A stretch of 64,000 nucleotides of DNA from Hypanus sabinus (GCF_030144855.1 NC_082736.1:9920001-9984000), one strand, 5' to 3'. Positions 25,660-39,180 are shown, numbered from the stretch's first letter. Notes: generated from the letters alone by a model not told the origin. Numbers and translations: made by a program.

Positions 25660-27900
25660 GATACCAAAGAATAAAGAACAACGGACATTGTCCGACCAAC
25701 ATCTCTGTGTAACTGAGAATCTCAGATCCCGGAAACATCCTTGGAAGTCTTCTCTACACTCTCCCCAGTTTAACCCCGTTTCCTAAAACGGTGACAAGAG
25801 CTGTACACAAAACGATAAGTGTGACCTCCAGTCACTTACACAACTGTAACATAATGTCCCAACTCATATACTCAATCCCCTGACTAATGAAGACCAGCAT
25901 GTTAAACCCAGTTCTTCACCACCCTGTCTACCAGTGACACCACTTTCAATGAACTGTGTGTGAGAGATTTACCCCTAAATCTCTCCGGCCCAATACACTC
26001 CCTAATGACCGACCGTTCACAGTGTAAGTTCTACACTGGATTGACTTTGCAATGTGCACTGCATCACATTTATCTGTATTGAAATGCATTTGCCACGCTG
26101 TGGCCCTCTTCACTAAATGATCAAGATTGCCAGGTTAAATAAGAAATACTGAATAAACTAAACAGTGTAAAAGAGGATCAGGGAGGGATGTGATTCTGAA
26201 GGTGAGAATGGGAAACCTGAATCCTGATCCAGTCTTGCCTCTCTTTTACTCTTTAAATGTCTGAAAAAAAGCTTGTATTCTCCTTTATACTATTGGCCAG
26301 TTACTTTAATAATTCATCTGTTCTCTCCATATTACTATTTTAGTTACCTTCTGTTCTTTTTAAGTTCCCTAATCCTTTAGCTTCCCACTAACTTTTGTGA
26401 TATTCTCTGCTCTCTCATGTTATTTTATGCTGCTTTTGTCTTCTATTGTTGGTGATGGTTGCCTCATTTTCCCTTTCAAATATTGTTTCTGCTGAGGGAT
26501 GAACTGATCCTGCATCTGCCAAATTACTCCTGGAAACTGAAGCTTTTCATATAAAGGTAATCTGGTTAATGCTGGGGATGTCAATATGCCCGACTGCTGT
26601 AAGCCTGTTCCCATTACACCTCTGTGTGATTTACCAACATGTCTGCTCCACAATATCTCAGCCTATTGGGAGGCGAGCAGTGTAATCCCATCAAATTCAC
26701 CATTCATCATTTTATTTGAATCCTTTACTTAGAAAATCTCATCAAATCCGTCACATTACTGCAGTGTTGGTCTCCTTTATCAAACACGCAGCATCCCCCC
26801 ACCAGTCAGGTAGCCTTTAAATGTTTCCCCTACACCTTAAACAATTGTCCTGTAAATTTATACTTCCCTACCCTGACACAAACAGTTATCGCGTACTGAT
26901 TTTGTAAAGCTTTGGATGGTCACTGGTCAGCTCCTTAATCTCTCAGTTGAGAAAGAGAGTCCCAGTCTGTCCAAACTTCTGCAAATAATTCAAATCCTCC
27001 AGTGTCAGTAACACCCTCCTCAAACCTCTCTCCACACTTTCCAGCTTCATGACATCCTTCCTGTAGCTGGGTGACTAGAACTGTGCACATTACAGTGCAA
27101 TCTCACTTCGACGATTACAGTTGTCATATGACATCCCAAATCCTGTAACTCAGTTCCCTGACCAATGAAGACAAATAGGCCAAACATCATCTTCACCATC
27201 CTGACTACCTGTGTTGTCACTTTCAGTGAATGATGTTTCTGTATTCCATGGACACTCTGCCTGCAATACTCTCCAAGGAACAGAATTTACTGTGCAGGTC
27301 CTTCCCTTGGACTTCTCAAAATGCAAGAGTTCATACTTGTCCACATCAACATCCATCTGCCATTCTTTGGCCAACTTCCCCAGTTCGTCCCCATCCCATT
27401 CGGGATCCCACTCTACCAACAGCATCGCTGTCATCTGCAAACTCACTAATCACGTTCACAACAATGTCAGAGAAAGTGTTCACATCGATGACAAATGACA
27501 GTACCAGAACCGGTCCCTGTGAACGTCACTGGTCAGAGGCCTCCAACCTTAATGATAAGCTGACACAACCACCCTCTGTCACCTTCTATCAACCCAATTT
27601 TGTGACGCTGATATTAGGCAGTATCTTGTCTGGCATCCTTTCTGCTCCAAATGAGTAATACAGAAGAAGTAAGGAATAAAGAAAAACTTATCTTTCTTGC
27701 CTACACCTCTCAGATGTGCCAAAGCCTCATCTCCCCACTCCAATTTTGGCCCACTCATACAATGACTGCTCTCTTTAAATCTAACTTCTTTTTATTGGAT
27801 CTTGATAAGTGCCTAAATATGCACAAGCAAACGATTCCCTTGGAACTATGACATGCAAAATATGCCAACTGCCCATGTTCACTTCATTTAAACTCCCTCT
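25660..27900 (-). mobile_element. Degenerate CR1 LINE fragments
   Basis: Minus-strand KLAKEWQMDVDVDKYELLHFEKS; TCATCTGCAAACT is the reverse complement of the KFADD region. Confidence 0.65.
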
Positions 27901-28189
27901 CTGTCTACATAATCATATGACTGTTTGTGACTGTGGTGCACAAAATTGTGAACTGCAGGAAACCAAAGAACATGCCTGCACTGTTCGACAAGACCAGACA
28001 TGATAAAACAAACAAAACACTGTATAACAAACACTAGAATCCCCTAACTGAGAGGAGTGGAGACGCTGGATGACCATAAAGATTTAAAGAGAAGCAAGAT
28101 AAATTTTTATAAAATCAGGGAAGTGGGATCAACATACAAGAAGAGGCTGATGACAGATCAGCCTTTATATGGAATTGTGGGTGAGGGAC

Positions 28190-31100
28190 TAAGAGAGAAC
28201 ACACTGGAGGGTTTATCCAGTGTGAATAGAGCTCAGGATAAGAGAGGTGCATTCACCAATGGAGTTGTGCTACTGGCCTCCCAAATGCCAGCAGAAGGTA
28301 AAGAAACTGAAATGTAGCAGGACATGAAAGATGTAAAAGCAACAGGGTCGTTGCAGTGGGTGACTAATTTCCCCAGTGCTGACTGGGACTCCCTTAGACT
28401 CAGGGGCTTAGATATCATTGCGTATGTTAGAAGAATACTGGGATGTTTCTTAACATAGAAGTGGGTAGTCTAACCAGGGAAGTGGGTTTTAGAAGACATT
28501 GTATTGGAAAATGAGCCTGTCAACAGATAGAAATTTCATTCTGAGAGCAGTAAGTAAGCACAGGACTCGTCATAGAGGTAATGTGGTTAATCGGTATATA
28601 ACTAAGGGAAACTGTGTTGGACAGGAACTGAGGTGAGGGGAATGGGTGCAGCTGTGATTTGTCCATCCACATTTGACATGTGACTAGTGGTTAAAGGTCA
28701 GAATTCAGACTGTTTCTATATGGAAGAAAGACAAGGTTGGTAAAGTCTGGCACAGGGGTAGGAGATGTTATGAATTCAATCTGATAGAAAATGAAAGATA
28801 AGGAATGTTTCAGATGTATAAATTGGAGAATATGAATATGAATATGCAATATGAAGCAAGCAAGAGAGAAGTTAAACAGAGAATCAGACTTGTCAAATGG
28901 GGACAGGAAATAACTTTGGGGAGAAGGGGCACTATGGAGAGGGTAGGACAACACAAGGACAAAGGAGAGAGTTTACTTCTGAAGTGGGTGAGGGACTAAA
29001 CCAGTACTTCATATCAGTATTCATCAATGTGGTCCTGGAGGATAGTGTGATCAGAGAAGGGAATGCTGAAATTCCAAGGCATGTTGTTCCTCCGGCAACA
29101 GAGTCAACCCAGGAAATTATGAACTGGTGATACCTGGATCAATGCCAGGGGAATTGTTCGAGAATATTATTAGACATAGCATCTCTCATAAAAGTTAGGA
29201 CTAGAATAGGAGAAGATCAGGATTTGGAAGGAAAATTGAGCAAAATCCCCTGAGATTCTCTCGGTGCATTCAGAGGAAAAGGGAATTTGGACAGAATTGT
29301 TCAGCTTGGAGATGAGGATGGCCATCTGTGTGTGGAACTGAAGGAAATGGGAGAGGCTTTCCATGAATATTTCTGACAGTTATTTCACCATTGAGAAAAT
29401 TATGGAAAGTGATGGAGTTACGGAAATGGCATGAATCAGATGTGATATCTTCGACCACATTCAAGTTAGCAGGGATCTATATTGGAGGCCATAAGATGCT
29501 TTAAGGTTGTTAAACCTACCGGGCCTTTCAGGTACATTCTTGTATTTTGTGAGAAGTTAGAGAATACACTGTAGAGGCCACGGGAGAGATTGTTGCTTCA
29601 CCACAGGCATCAGTTGAGGTTAGACATGATTGGAGAGTGACTAACGTGGAATTTGCAGTTTTGAGGCCAAGTCTGTGGATGAATCAAAAATAGATAGTGA
29701 GCCAGGCAGTGTTATGGATGCAGGGAGTCTGCAGTAGCACTTGGACAGATTTAGAGAATGGACAGAGAAGTTCCAGACAATATACAGTGTAAGGAAGTGT
29801 GTGGTCATGAACACTGGGAGGAGGAATAAAGGCATAGACTCCATCTAATCAGGGAAAGAACAGAAATCAGATATGTAAAGGGACTTTGCGGCTCCTAATG
29901 CAGGATTCCCTAAAGGTTAATGTGCACATTTAGATGCTAGTAAGGAAGGCAAATGCAATATCTGCATTAATTCCAAGAGAACTAGAATATAAAAGCAAGC
30001 ATCTAATGCTGAAGCTTTAGCCAGAACTTATTTGGAGTATCATGAGCAGGTTTGGGTCACTTTTCTAAGAAAGGCCGTGCTGACATTGCAGAGTTTGCAG
30101 GGGAAATTCACGAGAATGATCCCAAGTCTGAAACAGTTAGGATATAAAGATCATTTGATGATCTGGGCCTGTAGTCACTGGAGTCTAGAAGAATGAGGGA
30201 GCATCATATAGAAACATATTGAATGTTGAAAGGCATAGGTAGCGTTGATATGAGATGATGTTTCCAATAATAGAAGAGTCTAGAACCAGACTACACCCTC
30301 AATACAAAGATGCCCTTCTAGAATAGAGATGAGTAATTTCTGTATTCAGAAGGTGATCTTTCGATACATTTCATTGGCACAGGCGGCCATGAAGGCAGTC
30401 AGTAGGTCTATTTAAAACAGAGGTTAGGATGATTTAATTATTATTAAGGGCATCAAAGTTTAATGGGAAAAGGGCAGAGAATGGTGTTGCGATGGATAAT
30501 AAATCAGGCATGATGGAATGATGGAACAGACTGGATGAGCCAAAAGACCCAATCCTGCTCCAATAACTTAAGGTCTTTTGTTTTAATGCAGTGCCAGGAA
30601 ACTACTGGCCCATCAGTCTGATATCAGTGTTGGGTAATTTATTGGAGGAGGTTTTGAGAAACAGGATCTACCAACATTTGGTCTGATTCAAGACAGACAG
30701 CACAGTTGTGTGCAAGGGAAATCATGTCGGACAATTATCTTGCAGCTCTTTGAGGAGTTTCACAAGTGCGTAGATGAGGTTAGTTGTGGATGTTGTCTAA
30801 ATGGATGGGAGACAGGCCTTTGACTCTGGTCTGGGAGGTTAGATCTGAGAGATGGAATCCACGGGAGATAGTTGATTGGTTTCATAATTGCCTCAGTGAC
30901 AGGAAGCAGAGGCTGACGGTTGAGGGCTGTGCCTCAAACTGGAGGTCTCTGTCTAGTTGTGCGCCTCTAGGTGCTGGGATCTTTTTGTTAGTAATTTATA
31001 GAAACAATGTCCATGTGAATGCATAGTTCACTGAAAGTGACATCTCAGTTAGATATGGTGTTTGACCTGCTGGCCTTCTTCAGTCATTGCAGAGATGAGA

Positions 31101-31520
31101 AGGTTTTTCTTTGATTTGAGAAAATATGCTGTAAATATAAATGTCTTTGGTGAGGACTGACGGGGGATATTGTGTATAGTGTTGGTAGGAAACTGTTCTT
31201 AAACTAGAGAGAGTGCAGGGAGAAAGAAAAATAGCAGATATTTGCTTTGTCCTGGGGAGTCTGAGTTACAAGGAGAGGTTGTATAGACTAGTATTTTATT
31301 CCCTGGAGCAGAGCAGATTCAGAGATGATCCTAGTAGAGGTCTGTAGATCATGAGGAGCATAGATAGGGTAAAAGCACGTAGTCTTTTTCACAGGAAATG
31401 GCTGATAAAAACAAGGCAAGTATTTCAGATCAGACATAATGGGCAGAGGGTGGTGGGTATTTTGAATAAACTGCCAGTGATTGTGGCGGACACATTAGAA
31501 ACATTTTAAAATCTTGCGAT
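28190..31520 (+). mobile_element. Degenerate, nested CR1 LINE fragments
   Basis: Endonuclease-like GGGTGACTAATTTCCCCAG..GACTGGGA, RT-region and 3'-tail motifs; many stops and indels. Confidence 0.65.
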
Positions 31521-31589
31521 CAGAGCCGGTTGCCACATCACAGGAAGGACAGTTTCAGTTATAAGGCGAGGTTGAACAAGCACAGACCC

Positions 31590-32000
31590 CCGGGCCCAAG
31601 GCGCTCCCCCTCCCCCCTCCGCGGGGCCTTGCCACATTCCCGCGCCCGCTGCCTTGGAAACAGGTGCGTTACTGTGACATCACAGCAACGAGGCAGGAGG
31701 CTGCGTTCCGAAGGGGGGGGGGGTGCGTGCTGTCAATCAGAGAAGCCGCCGGTCACCCGCAAATATTGCAAATAAATCACTGAGCCCTTCATGAAAAAGC
31801 CCCGTCGGGGGGAAGCCTTTTCTGCACTTCCAACCCAGGATCCTTCTACGTGGAGACTTGGGCCTGTTGCTAAGGCAACGACGTTCCGAAGGCCCTCTGA
31901 CTCTGCGACATCAGGGCAGCGAAAGGGATGCTCGTCACATGATATGTTGGCCGCAGCCCGGGAGGAGGAGCAATGTACTTGTCAATCATAGGAGCAACAG
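31590..32000. promoter_or_regulatory. CpG-rich promoter-like island with two X-box/CRE/TGTCAATCA modules
   Basis: GCTGCCTTGGAAAC 31648, TGACATCA 31675, CTGTCAATCA 31730; GTTGCTAAGGCAAC 31866, GTCACATGA 31934, TTGTCAATCA 31979. Confidence 0.55.
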
Positions 32001-32125
32001 CGGACAGTGACTGCACGGCGAGACATTTCAGTGTTAAATCTATAACTGGGAAAGGGGAAAAGAACTTACTGTAAAGGAAAACAATAAAGATGTACGAAAA
32101 AAGAAAGAGAGCGAGATATAAAGCT

Positions 32126-33028
32126 ACAAACAAGAGAGAGTCCGCAGATGCTGGAAATCCAAACTACACACAGAAAATGCTGGAGGAACTCAGCAGGCCA
32201 GGCAGACAGACATACTTCATTGATCCCGAGGCAAATTGGGTTTCCTTACAGTCGCAACAACCAAGAATAGTGTAGAAATATAGCAATATAAAACCATAAA
32301 TAATTAAATAATAATAAGTAAATTATTCCAAGTGGAAATAAGTCGAGGACCAGCCAATTGGCTCAGGCTGTCTGACACTCCGAGGCAGGAGTTGTAAAGT
32401 TTGATGGCCACAGGCAGGAATGACTTCCTATGATGCTCAGTGTTGCATCTTGGTGGAATGAGTCTCTGGCTGAACGTACTCCTGTGCCTAACCAGTGCAT
32501 TATGAAGTGGATGGGAGACTTTGTTCAAGATGGCATGCAACTTGGACAGCATCCTCTTTTCAGACACCACCGTCAGAAAGTCCAGTTGCACCCCCACAAC
32601 ATCACTCGCCATACAAATGAGTTTGTTAACTTTGTTGGTGTCTGCTACCCTCAGCCTGCTGCCCCAGCACACAACAGCAAACATGATTGCACGGGCCACC
32701 ACAGACTTGTAGAACATCCTCAGCATCATCTGGTAGATGTTAAAGGACCTCGGTCTCCTCAGGAAGTAGAGACAGCTCTGACCCTTCTTGTAGACAACCT
32801 CAGTGTTCTTTGACCAGTCCAGTTTATTGTCAATTCATATCCCCAAGTATTTGTAATCCTAAACCATGTCCACACTGACCCCTTGGATGGAAACAGGGGT
32901 CACGATGTATGGGTCAGCATGTATGGGAAAGAAAAGCAGGACTGCTGAAGGGTCTTGGCTCGAAAAGTCGACTGTACTCTTTTCCCCATAGATGCTACCT
33001 GACCTGCTGATTCCTCCAGCAATTTGTG
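32126..33028. mobile_element. Fold-back Penelope-derived element interrupted by a Rex1-like LINE
   Basis: Left arm ..GGAACTCAGCAGGCCAGGCAG breaks at ~32204 and resumes CAGCAT.. at ~32916; inverted arm ends ..CCTCCAGCAATTTGTG. Confidence 0.7.
32205..32903 (-). mobile_element. Rex1/Babar-like LINE 3' part
   Basis: ORF 32304-32729 MLRMFYKSVVARAIMFAVVCWG..SHPLH..SFLPVAIKLYN; minus-strand tail GGGATCAATGAAGTATGTCTGTCTG. Confidence 0.85.
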
Positions 33029-33399
33029 AAATATAAAGCTAGAGAGATTTGACAACTAACACTGAGATATTTAATATGAACAGACTTATTGCTGTGAAGT
33101 GAAACTACATCTGTAAACCACAGTGAGTTTTGGGGATGGTGCGGGTGTTAATGGCAGAAAATAAAGAGATAATAGATTAACAAAGAGGTTTTAGGCACCA
33201 GGTTGATAACATGTGGGTTCCCACACTGCTGGAGTCCTGTCTGCAGGTCTGGTCGACACACTGCAGAAAGAACATGATGACTGTAATGAGTGAACTGGGT
33301 CTCTGGTCCCCATCCCATGTCAATTGCAGGAAACAGGAACACTGTAGAGCAGGTTTACCAAGATTTTGTCCGGGATGGAGCCTTTTTGTTGTAAAACCA

Positions 33400-35050
33400 T
33401 TAAATATAGGAGCAGAGTTAGGCCCTTTGGCCCATTGTGTCTGCTCTTTTACTTCATCATGGCTGAACCATTTCCCTCTCAGCCCCAATATCCTGACCTC
33501 CCCTTAACCCACCATGCCCTGACAAATCAAGAATGTATCAACCTCTACCTTAATTATAACCAATGATGGCCTCTGGCAATAAATTCCATGGTTGAGCCAC
33601 AGTCTGGCTAAACAAATTCCTCCTCATCTCCATTTAGACTCAGAGGCTGTGCCCTCTGTTCCTAGATTCCCCCTCTATCCTCTCCCTATCCACTCTACCG
33701 AGTCCTTTCAACGTTCGGTAGGTTTCAATGAAATCCCCTCTCATTCTTATGAATTCCAGTCAGTCTGGCCCTGCACAATCAAATGGTCGTCATATGATAA
33801 ACCTTCAATCTTGGAATCATTCTCGTGAATCTCCTCTGAACCCTCTCCAATGTCAGTACACCTTTCTTCGATAAGTGGCCCAGAATTGCTCACAGTACAA
33901 ATGAACCTTCAGGATCCTCCTCCACTCAAAAGTTCCTTTACATGTCAGATTTTGATGTTTCTCTCCTTTCAGAGCAATTGTCTATTCTTTCAATTTTTCT
34001 ACCAGTGTCCTTGACCATAAACTTCTCGACATGTTATTCAACCTGCCATATGTTTGCCCATTCTCACAATCTGTCTAAGCCTCTCTGTAGCCTTTCTGCT
34101 TCCTGCTACCTATTTTAATATACAAATGGTCAGAAAGCCATCATTTCTGTCATCCAAATCATTGATATATACTGTAACATTAAAAGAAGCGATACCAAAA
34201 AATGCCATTAGTCATTGTAGTCAACCAGAAAAGTCTTTCTTTATGCCACTCTTTGCTTCCTGCCAATCAGCCAAGTCTTAATCCATGCTCATATCTTTCC
34301 TGTGTCATAGTTTCTTAACTTAAGCTGTCTCATGTGTGGCACCTTGTCAAAGGCCTTCTAAAAATCCAATTGCATAACACACACTCATCCATTGATTCTC
34401 TTTGTCTATCCTGCTTATTTCTTCAAGGAATTTCAACACACTCAAGAAGTAGGATATCCCCTAAAGGAAACCATGCTGACTTTGTCCTATTTTATCATGT
34501 GTTGCCAAGTAGCCCGAAAATACATCCTTAACAATTGAGTCCATCATCTTCTCAACCACTGACGTCACACTAACTGGCCTCCTTTCTTCTGCCCTCCTCC
34601 CTTCTTCAAGAGTAGAATGATGTTTGCAATTTTCCTGTTCTCCGAAACCACGCCAGAATCCAGGGATTATGGAAAGATTATTACTAATCTCATCAGTCAC
34701 CTCTTTCATAGCATTGGTGTAGAAAATCTGGTCCAGCTGATTTATCTACCTTCAGATATTTCAGTAAAGGCTAATTCACTCATTTCTGCCCCCTGATTCT
34801 CCTGAATTTCCAGCAGACTGCTATTGTCTTCTCCAGTGAAGATTGAAGCACAATACTTATTCAGCTTCTTTGCCACTGCCCTGTACCCCATTACTACCTC
34901 TTCAGCATCATCTTCCAAAGTACTAATATTGACTTTAGCCTCTCATTTACACTTTGTATATCTGAAGTAACTTTTGGTATCCTCTTTAATATTAATGGCT
35001 AGCTTACCTTCTTGTTTGATCTTTTTCCTCTCCTAAACACTTTTATAGAT
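33400..35050 (-). mobile_element. CR1 LINE fragment (RT to 3' tail)
   Basis: RPVSVTSVVEK..KIGQSQHGFL; tail TAGGAGCAGAGTTAGGCC. Confidence 0.8.
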
Positions 35051-35181
35051 GGTTTCAAAAAGTTTTGTAAATTGTATAACTGAGTGTCAGGGACGTCTCA
35101 GAGCAGCTGCTGAGCAATGTTCATTCAGCCAGAGGTGGTGGTTCACGTCGGTACCAGTGGACAGGTAGAAAAGGGATGAGA

Positions 35182-35830
35182 GAATATGTACACAACGCTG
35201 GAATAACTCAGCAGGTCAGGCAGCATCTGTGAGAAAAGAGTAGCCAACATTTCGGGCCGAAACCCTTCATCAGGAATGGGGGGAAGAGAGGGCCGAAGCC
35301 CAGTAATAGAGATAGGGGAGGGGTTAGGGCCCAGAGGAGCCAGGAGGAAAACCAATCAGAGGAAAGATAAAGGGGGGAGGGGATAAGCAGAAAGGAATGT
35401 ATAAAGCAGAAAGTAGAGATAAAGGAGCAGGAAGTAGAAAGGGGAGAGAGGCAGAGAGCGACCTGGGAGAGGGGGAGGGAATTACCGGAAATTGGAGAAT
35501 TCAATGTTCATACCACCAGGCTGGAGGCTACCCAGACAGTAGATAAGGTGTTGGTCTTCCAACCTGAGTTGGTCCTCATCATGGTAGTAGCGGAGGCCAT
35601 GTATGGACATATCTAGATGTGAATGAGAGGCAGAGTTGAAGTGGGTGGCAATCGGGAGGTCCTGTCTATTGTGACGGGTGGAGCGGAGCTGTTCGACGAA
35701 GCAGTTCCCCAATCTGCGTTGGGTCTCGCCGGTGTAGACGAGGCTGCACCGGGAGCACCGGATGCAATAGACAACTCCAGCAGACTCGCAGGTGAAGTGT
35801 TTCCTCACCTGAAGGACTATCTGGGGCCCT
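35182..35830 (-). mobile_element. 5'-truncated Penelope-like retroelement (GIY-YIG endonuclease C-terminus plus tail) with 14-bp TSD
   Basis: ORF 35482-35808 FTCESAGVVYCIRCSRCSLVYTGETQRRL..GSLQPGGMN; flanked by GAAAAGGGATGAGA at 35168-35181 and 35831-35844. Confidence 0.92.
35242..35277 (-). ncRNA. Minimal type I hammerhead ribozyme motif (copy with the best-preserved core)
   Basis: Minus strand ATTC-CTGATGA-A-GGGT-TTCG-GCCC-GAAA-TGTT-GGCT; stem I imperfect. Confidence 0.65.
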
Positions 35831-38486
35831 GAAAAGGGATGAGATCCTACAGTGAATATAGAGAGTCAGGGAACAAGTTGACGGGCAGGACCTGAAAGGT
35901 TGTAATCACCCAGTTACTCCCCATGCTGTGTGGTAGTGGTGTTAGGGACAGAAAGTTAGAGCAGATGAATGTGTGGCTGAGGTGCTGGTCCAGGGACAGG
36001 GTTTCAGGATTCCAGAACATTGGAACCTCTTCTGGTGCAGAGGTGACATTTACAAGAGGGATGGCTTGCACCTTCACTGGAGGGGGGTCTGTATCATGAG
36101 GTTTATTGCTGCTCCCTGAGAGGGTTGAAATTAGATTGACGGGGATGTGAACCAGAACACCAGTCACTGAATGGAGAGATTGAAGCTAAATTTAATGCTT
36201 AGCACTGTAAGGATTGATTTTGAGACAAATACACATCTGACATGAGTTTGTTTAAAGATCAGCTGCACAGTGTTTCAGGGCCAGTTTGTTCCAGTAAGAG
36301 GGAGGGTCAAGGATGACAAGGTTCAGGAACCATGGATGATGAGAGAGGAAGCACATTTTGTCAGTGAAGAGTGAGAAGCATATGTAAGGCTTAGGAAGCT
36401 GGAATCAACCAGGGTGTTTGAGGACTATATTTAGAAAACAGAAGGGAACTCAAGAACATTTAGAGAGCTAGAAACAACGAAGAAAAATCTCTGGTGAGTA
36501 GAATTAATGATAATCCCATTGCATTCTGACATTCATTCTGCTGAAAAGGATACCCAGGGGTGCACTTTGGGAGATCCAACATTAAGGGTGGTTAGATAGT
36601 TAATGGTAGGAACATGAATAGTATTGGCAAAGAGAAGGATGTTGAGATTGACTGTGAGCACAGGTTGACATCGAGGAAAAGTCGGTGTATGGCATGTTTG
36701 CCTTCATCAGACAAGACATTGAGTTCAAACACCAGGATATAATGTTACAGGTTTACAAAATGCTGGCTAGGCCACAGTGAGAGTACAGTGTACTGAACAC
36801 TGTATGTGGAAGCATGTGGAGATTCAGGAGCAGGGGCAGAGGGGGTTTACCAGGATGTCTGGAGGAGGTGTGTGGTGAGGAGAGGGTGGACATGCTGGAA
36901 CCTTTTCATCTGATGGTATTGGCTCAGAAGAAATTTTATAGAAGATTATAAAAATTTGCTTGTCATAGTTAGTGTAGACAGCCAGTAATATTTTTCACAG
37001 GAGTGAAATGTCTTCTACTAGAAGGCATGTGTTTAAGGTCAGAGGAAGAAAGTGAAGGAAGGAGAGAAATGGGGACGGAATGCACTGTCAGGGGTGGTGG
37101 CAGAGGCAGAGAGCACAGGGGAATGAATGCTCTCATGGATTGTATTATAGGACATCAAACAGTCAGCAGGAATAGAGGACTCAATAGGGTTGTAATAGAG
37201 GGACATTACAAATTACATCATGTTGACTGGGACGGCTGGAGTGCTGGTGAGTGACTGTGGAGCTGGTGCAGGGAAAGTGTTTCAGGATTCTGGATCATTG
37301 GAACCTCTTCTGCTCCAGAGGTGACATTTACAAGGACAGTCTAATATTTTTCGCAGGGGTGAAATGTCTTCTAGAAGAAAACATGTATTTAAGATCGGAG
37401 GAAGAATGTGAAGAAAGCAGTGGTGGGGATTTGGATTGCACTGTCAGGTGTGGTGGCAGAGGCAGAGAGCACAGGGGTATTCAGGGAAGTATTAGACAGA
37501 CTCAGGAATTTGTAGAGAAGTGACTGGTACTACGGTGCTGAAGAACTGGATCCACCCACCCTGCACAAACCAAAGTCTGATCTCTGACGACCTCACACAG
37601 GGAGCCTCTCGGGAGATCTGACCAAACTGACCGTTGCTTTCGCAAACTGTTCATTTATATTCAGAGGCCTTGGAGGACGAGTTTTTTTTTCAATTGATAC
37701 CGTCAGTTTCACAGGGTAAATGTGCCTTTGTAGACTCCATAGCCGGACCGCGGAGAGCATTCTGACAGGCTGCATCTCTGTCTGGTATGGAGGGACTACT
37801 GCACAGGACGGAAAGAAGCTGCTGATAGTACCCAGGACATCTGTAGGGAGCGGAGTCACATAAACGCAGCGTTCATTAATTTGCAGTATTTCTGTGTTTG
37901 CACATTAAAAAAAATCTATTCAATATACATGTGTATTTATGTTTTATTTACTAGTATTTTTCGCTCTCTACTCGATTATGTATTGCATTGAACTGCTGCT
38001 GCTAAGTTAACAAATTTCGCGTCACATGCCGGTGATAATAAACTTGATTTTGAAATGAAAGTCGCAAATATTGTTCAGTGAGGCGATGGGAATCGCTCAT
38101 GAAGCAACGAACAGGCGATGTTCCCGCCTGCTGCAAACCGGAACGGTCCGGGGTAAAACCGTAATGTGGAACCCAGACAACGCGGTTTTAGGTGATCAAA
38201 AGCGGAGTCGTTCAGAGGTCGGAGATTAAATTCACCCTCCCGGGGCCGACTCCGAAAGTTTATTTCACGACCCTGCGCCTAGTGATCCGCTGACACTCTG
38301 CAGGGGGAGAGACCTCCAATCAGCCGGCTGAGGGGAGAAAATGAGTCGGGACTGAAGCGAACCGGTTTCTGTGCAGACTTATATCAGTTGACCTCCCGGA
38401 AGAAACATGTCGAGGCTGTGACAGATACAGGATATCAAACGGACGGAGATCACCCGCTGCTCAGCCCTTTCATGGACATTGTGAGT

Positions 38487-38502
38487 GGCTCTGAAAAGAG
38501 CC
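38487..38502 (-). terminator. Histone 3' stem-loop (H2A)
   Basis: Minus strand GGCTCTTTTCAGAGCC ACTCA; downstream element GAAAGGGCTG. Confidence 0.95.
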
Positions 38503-38532
38503 TTTTGGTAAACAGGTTCAGCTTACGTCACT

Positions 38533-38964
<432 letters not shown>

Positions 38965-38984
38965 TCACCCCGCTCCAACTCGCC

Positions 38985-39180
38985 CTTTTTATACCTTCTT
39001 TGAGAATAGAATCTGATGTTTGTGACTGGTGTGATCCTGCTTATTCTCATTGGTGAAGAGAAACGTCCCAATCGAAGAACTGCCAGAATCACCAATCAGC
39101 AGTCCGTAAAAGCAGAAGCGCGCATAGTAAACGTCTCATCAAAGTGCACTGAAATTTGGAAAAAGCCCGCCAAAAATCAA
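38985..39180 (-). promoter_or_regulatory. Histone H2A promoter
   Basis: TATAAAA (38987-38993, minus), ATTGG/CCAAT/CCAAT triplet at ~39050-39097, E2F-like CCCGCCAA at 39166. Confidence 0.75.

Larger units (their letters stand above)
35085..37520 (+). mobile_element. Degenerate CR1 (ORF1 esterase remnant plus ORF2 pieces), split by a Penelope insertion
   Basis: QPEVVVHVGT-like sequence at 35126-35155 continues after 35831; NVWLRCW motif; later RT-region fragments. Confidence 0.65.
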
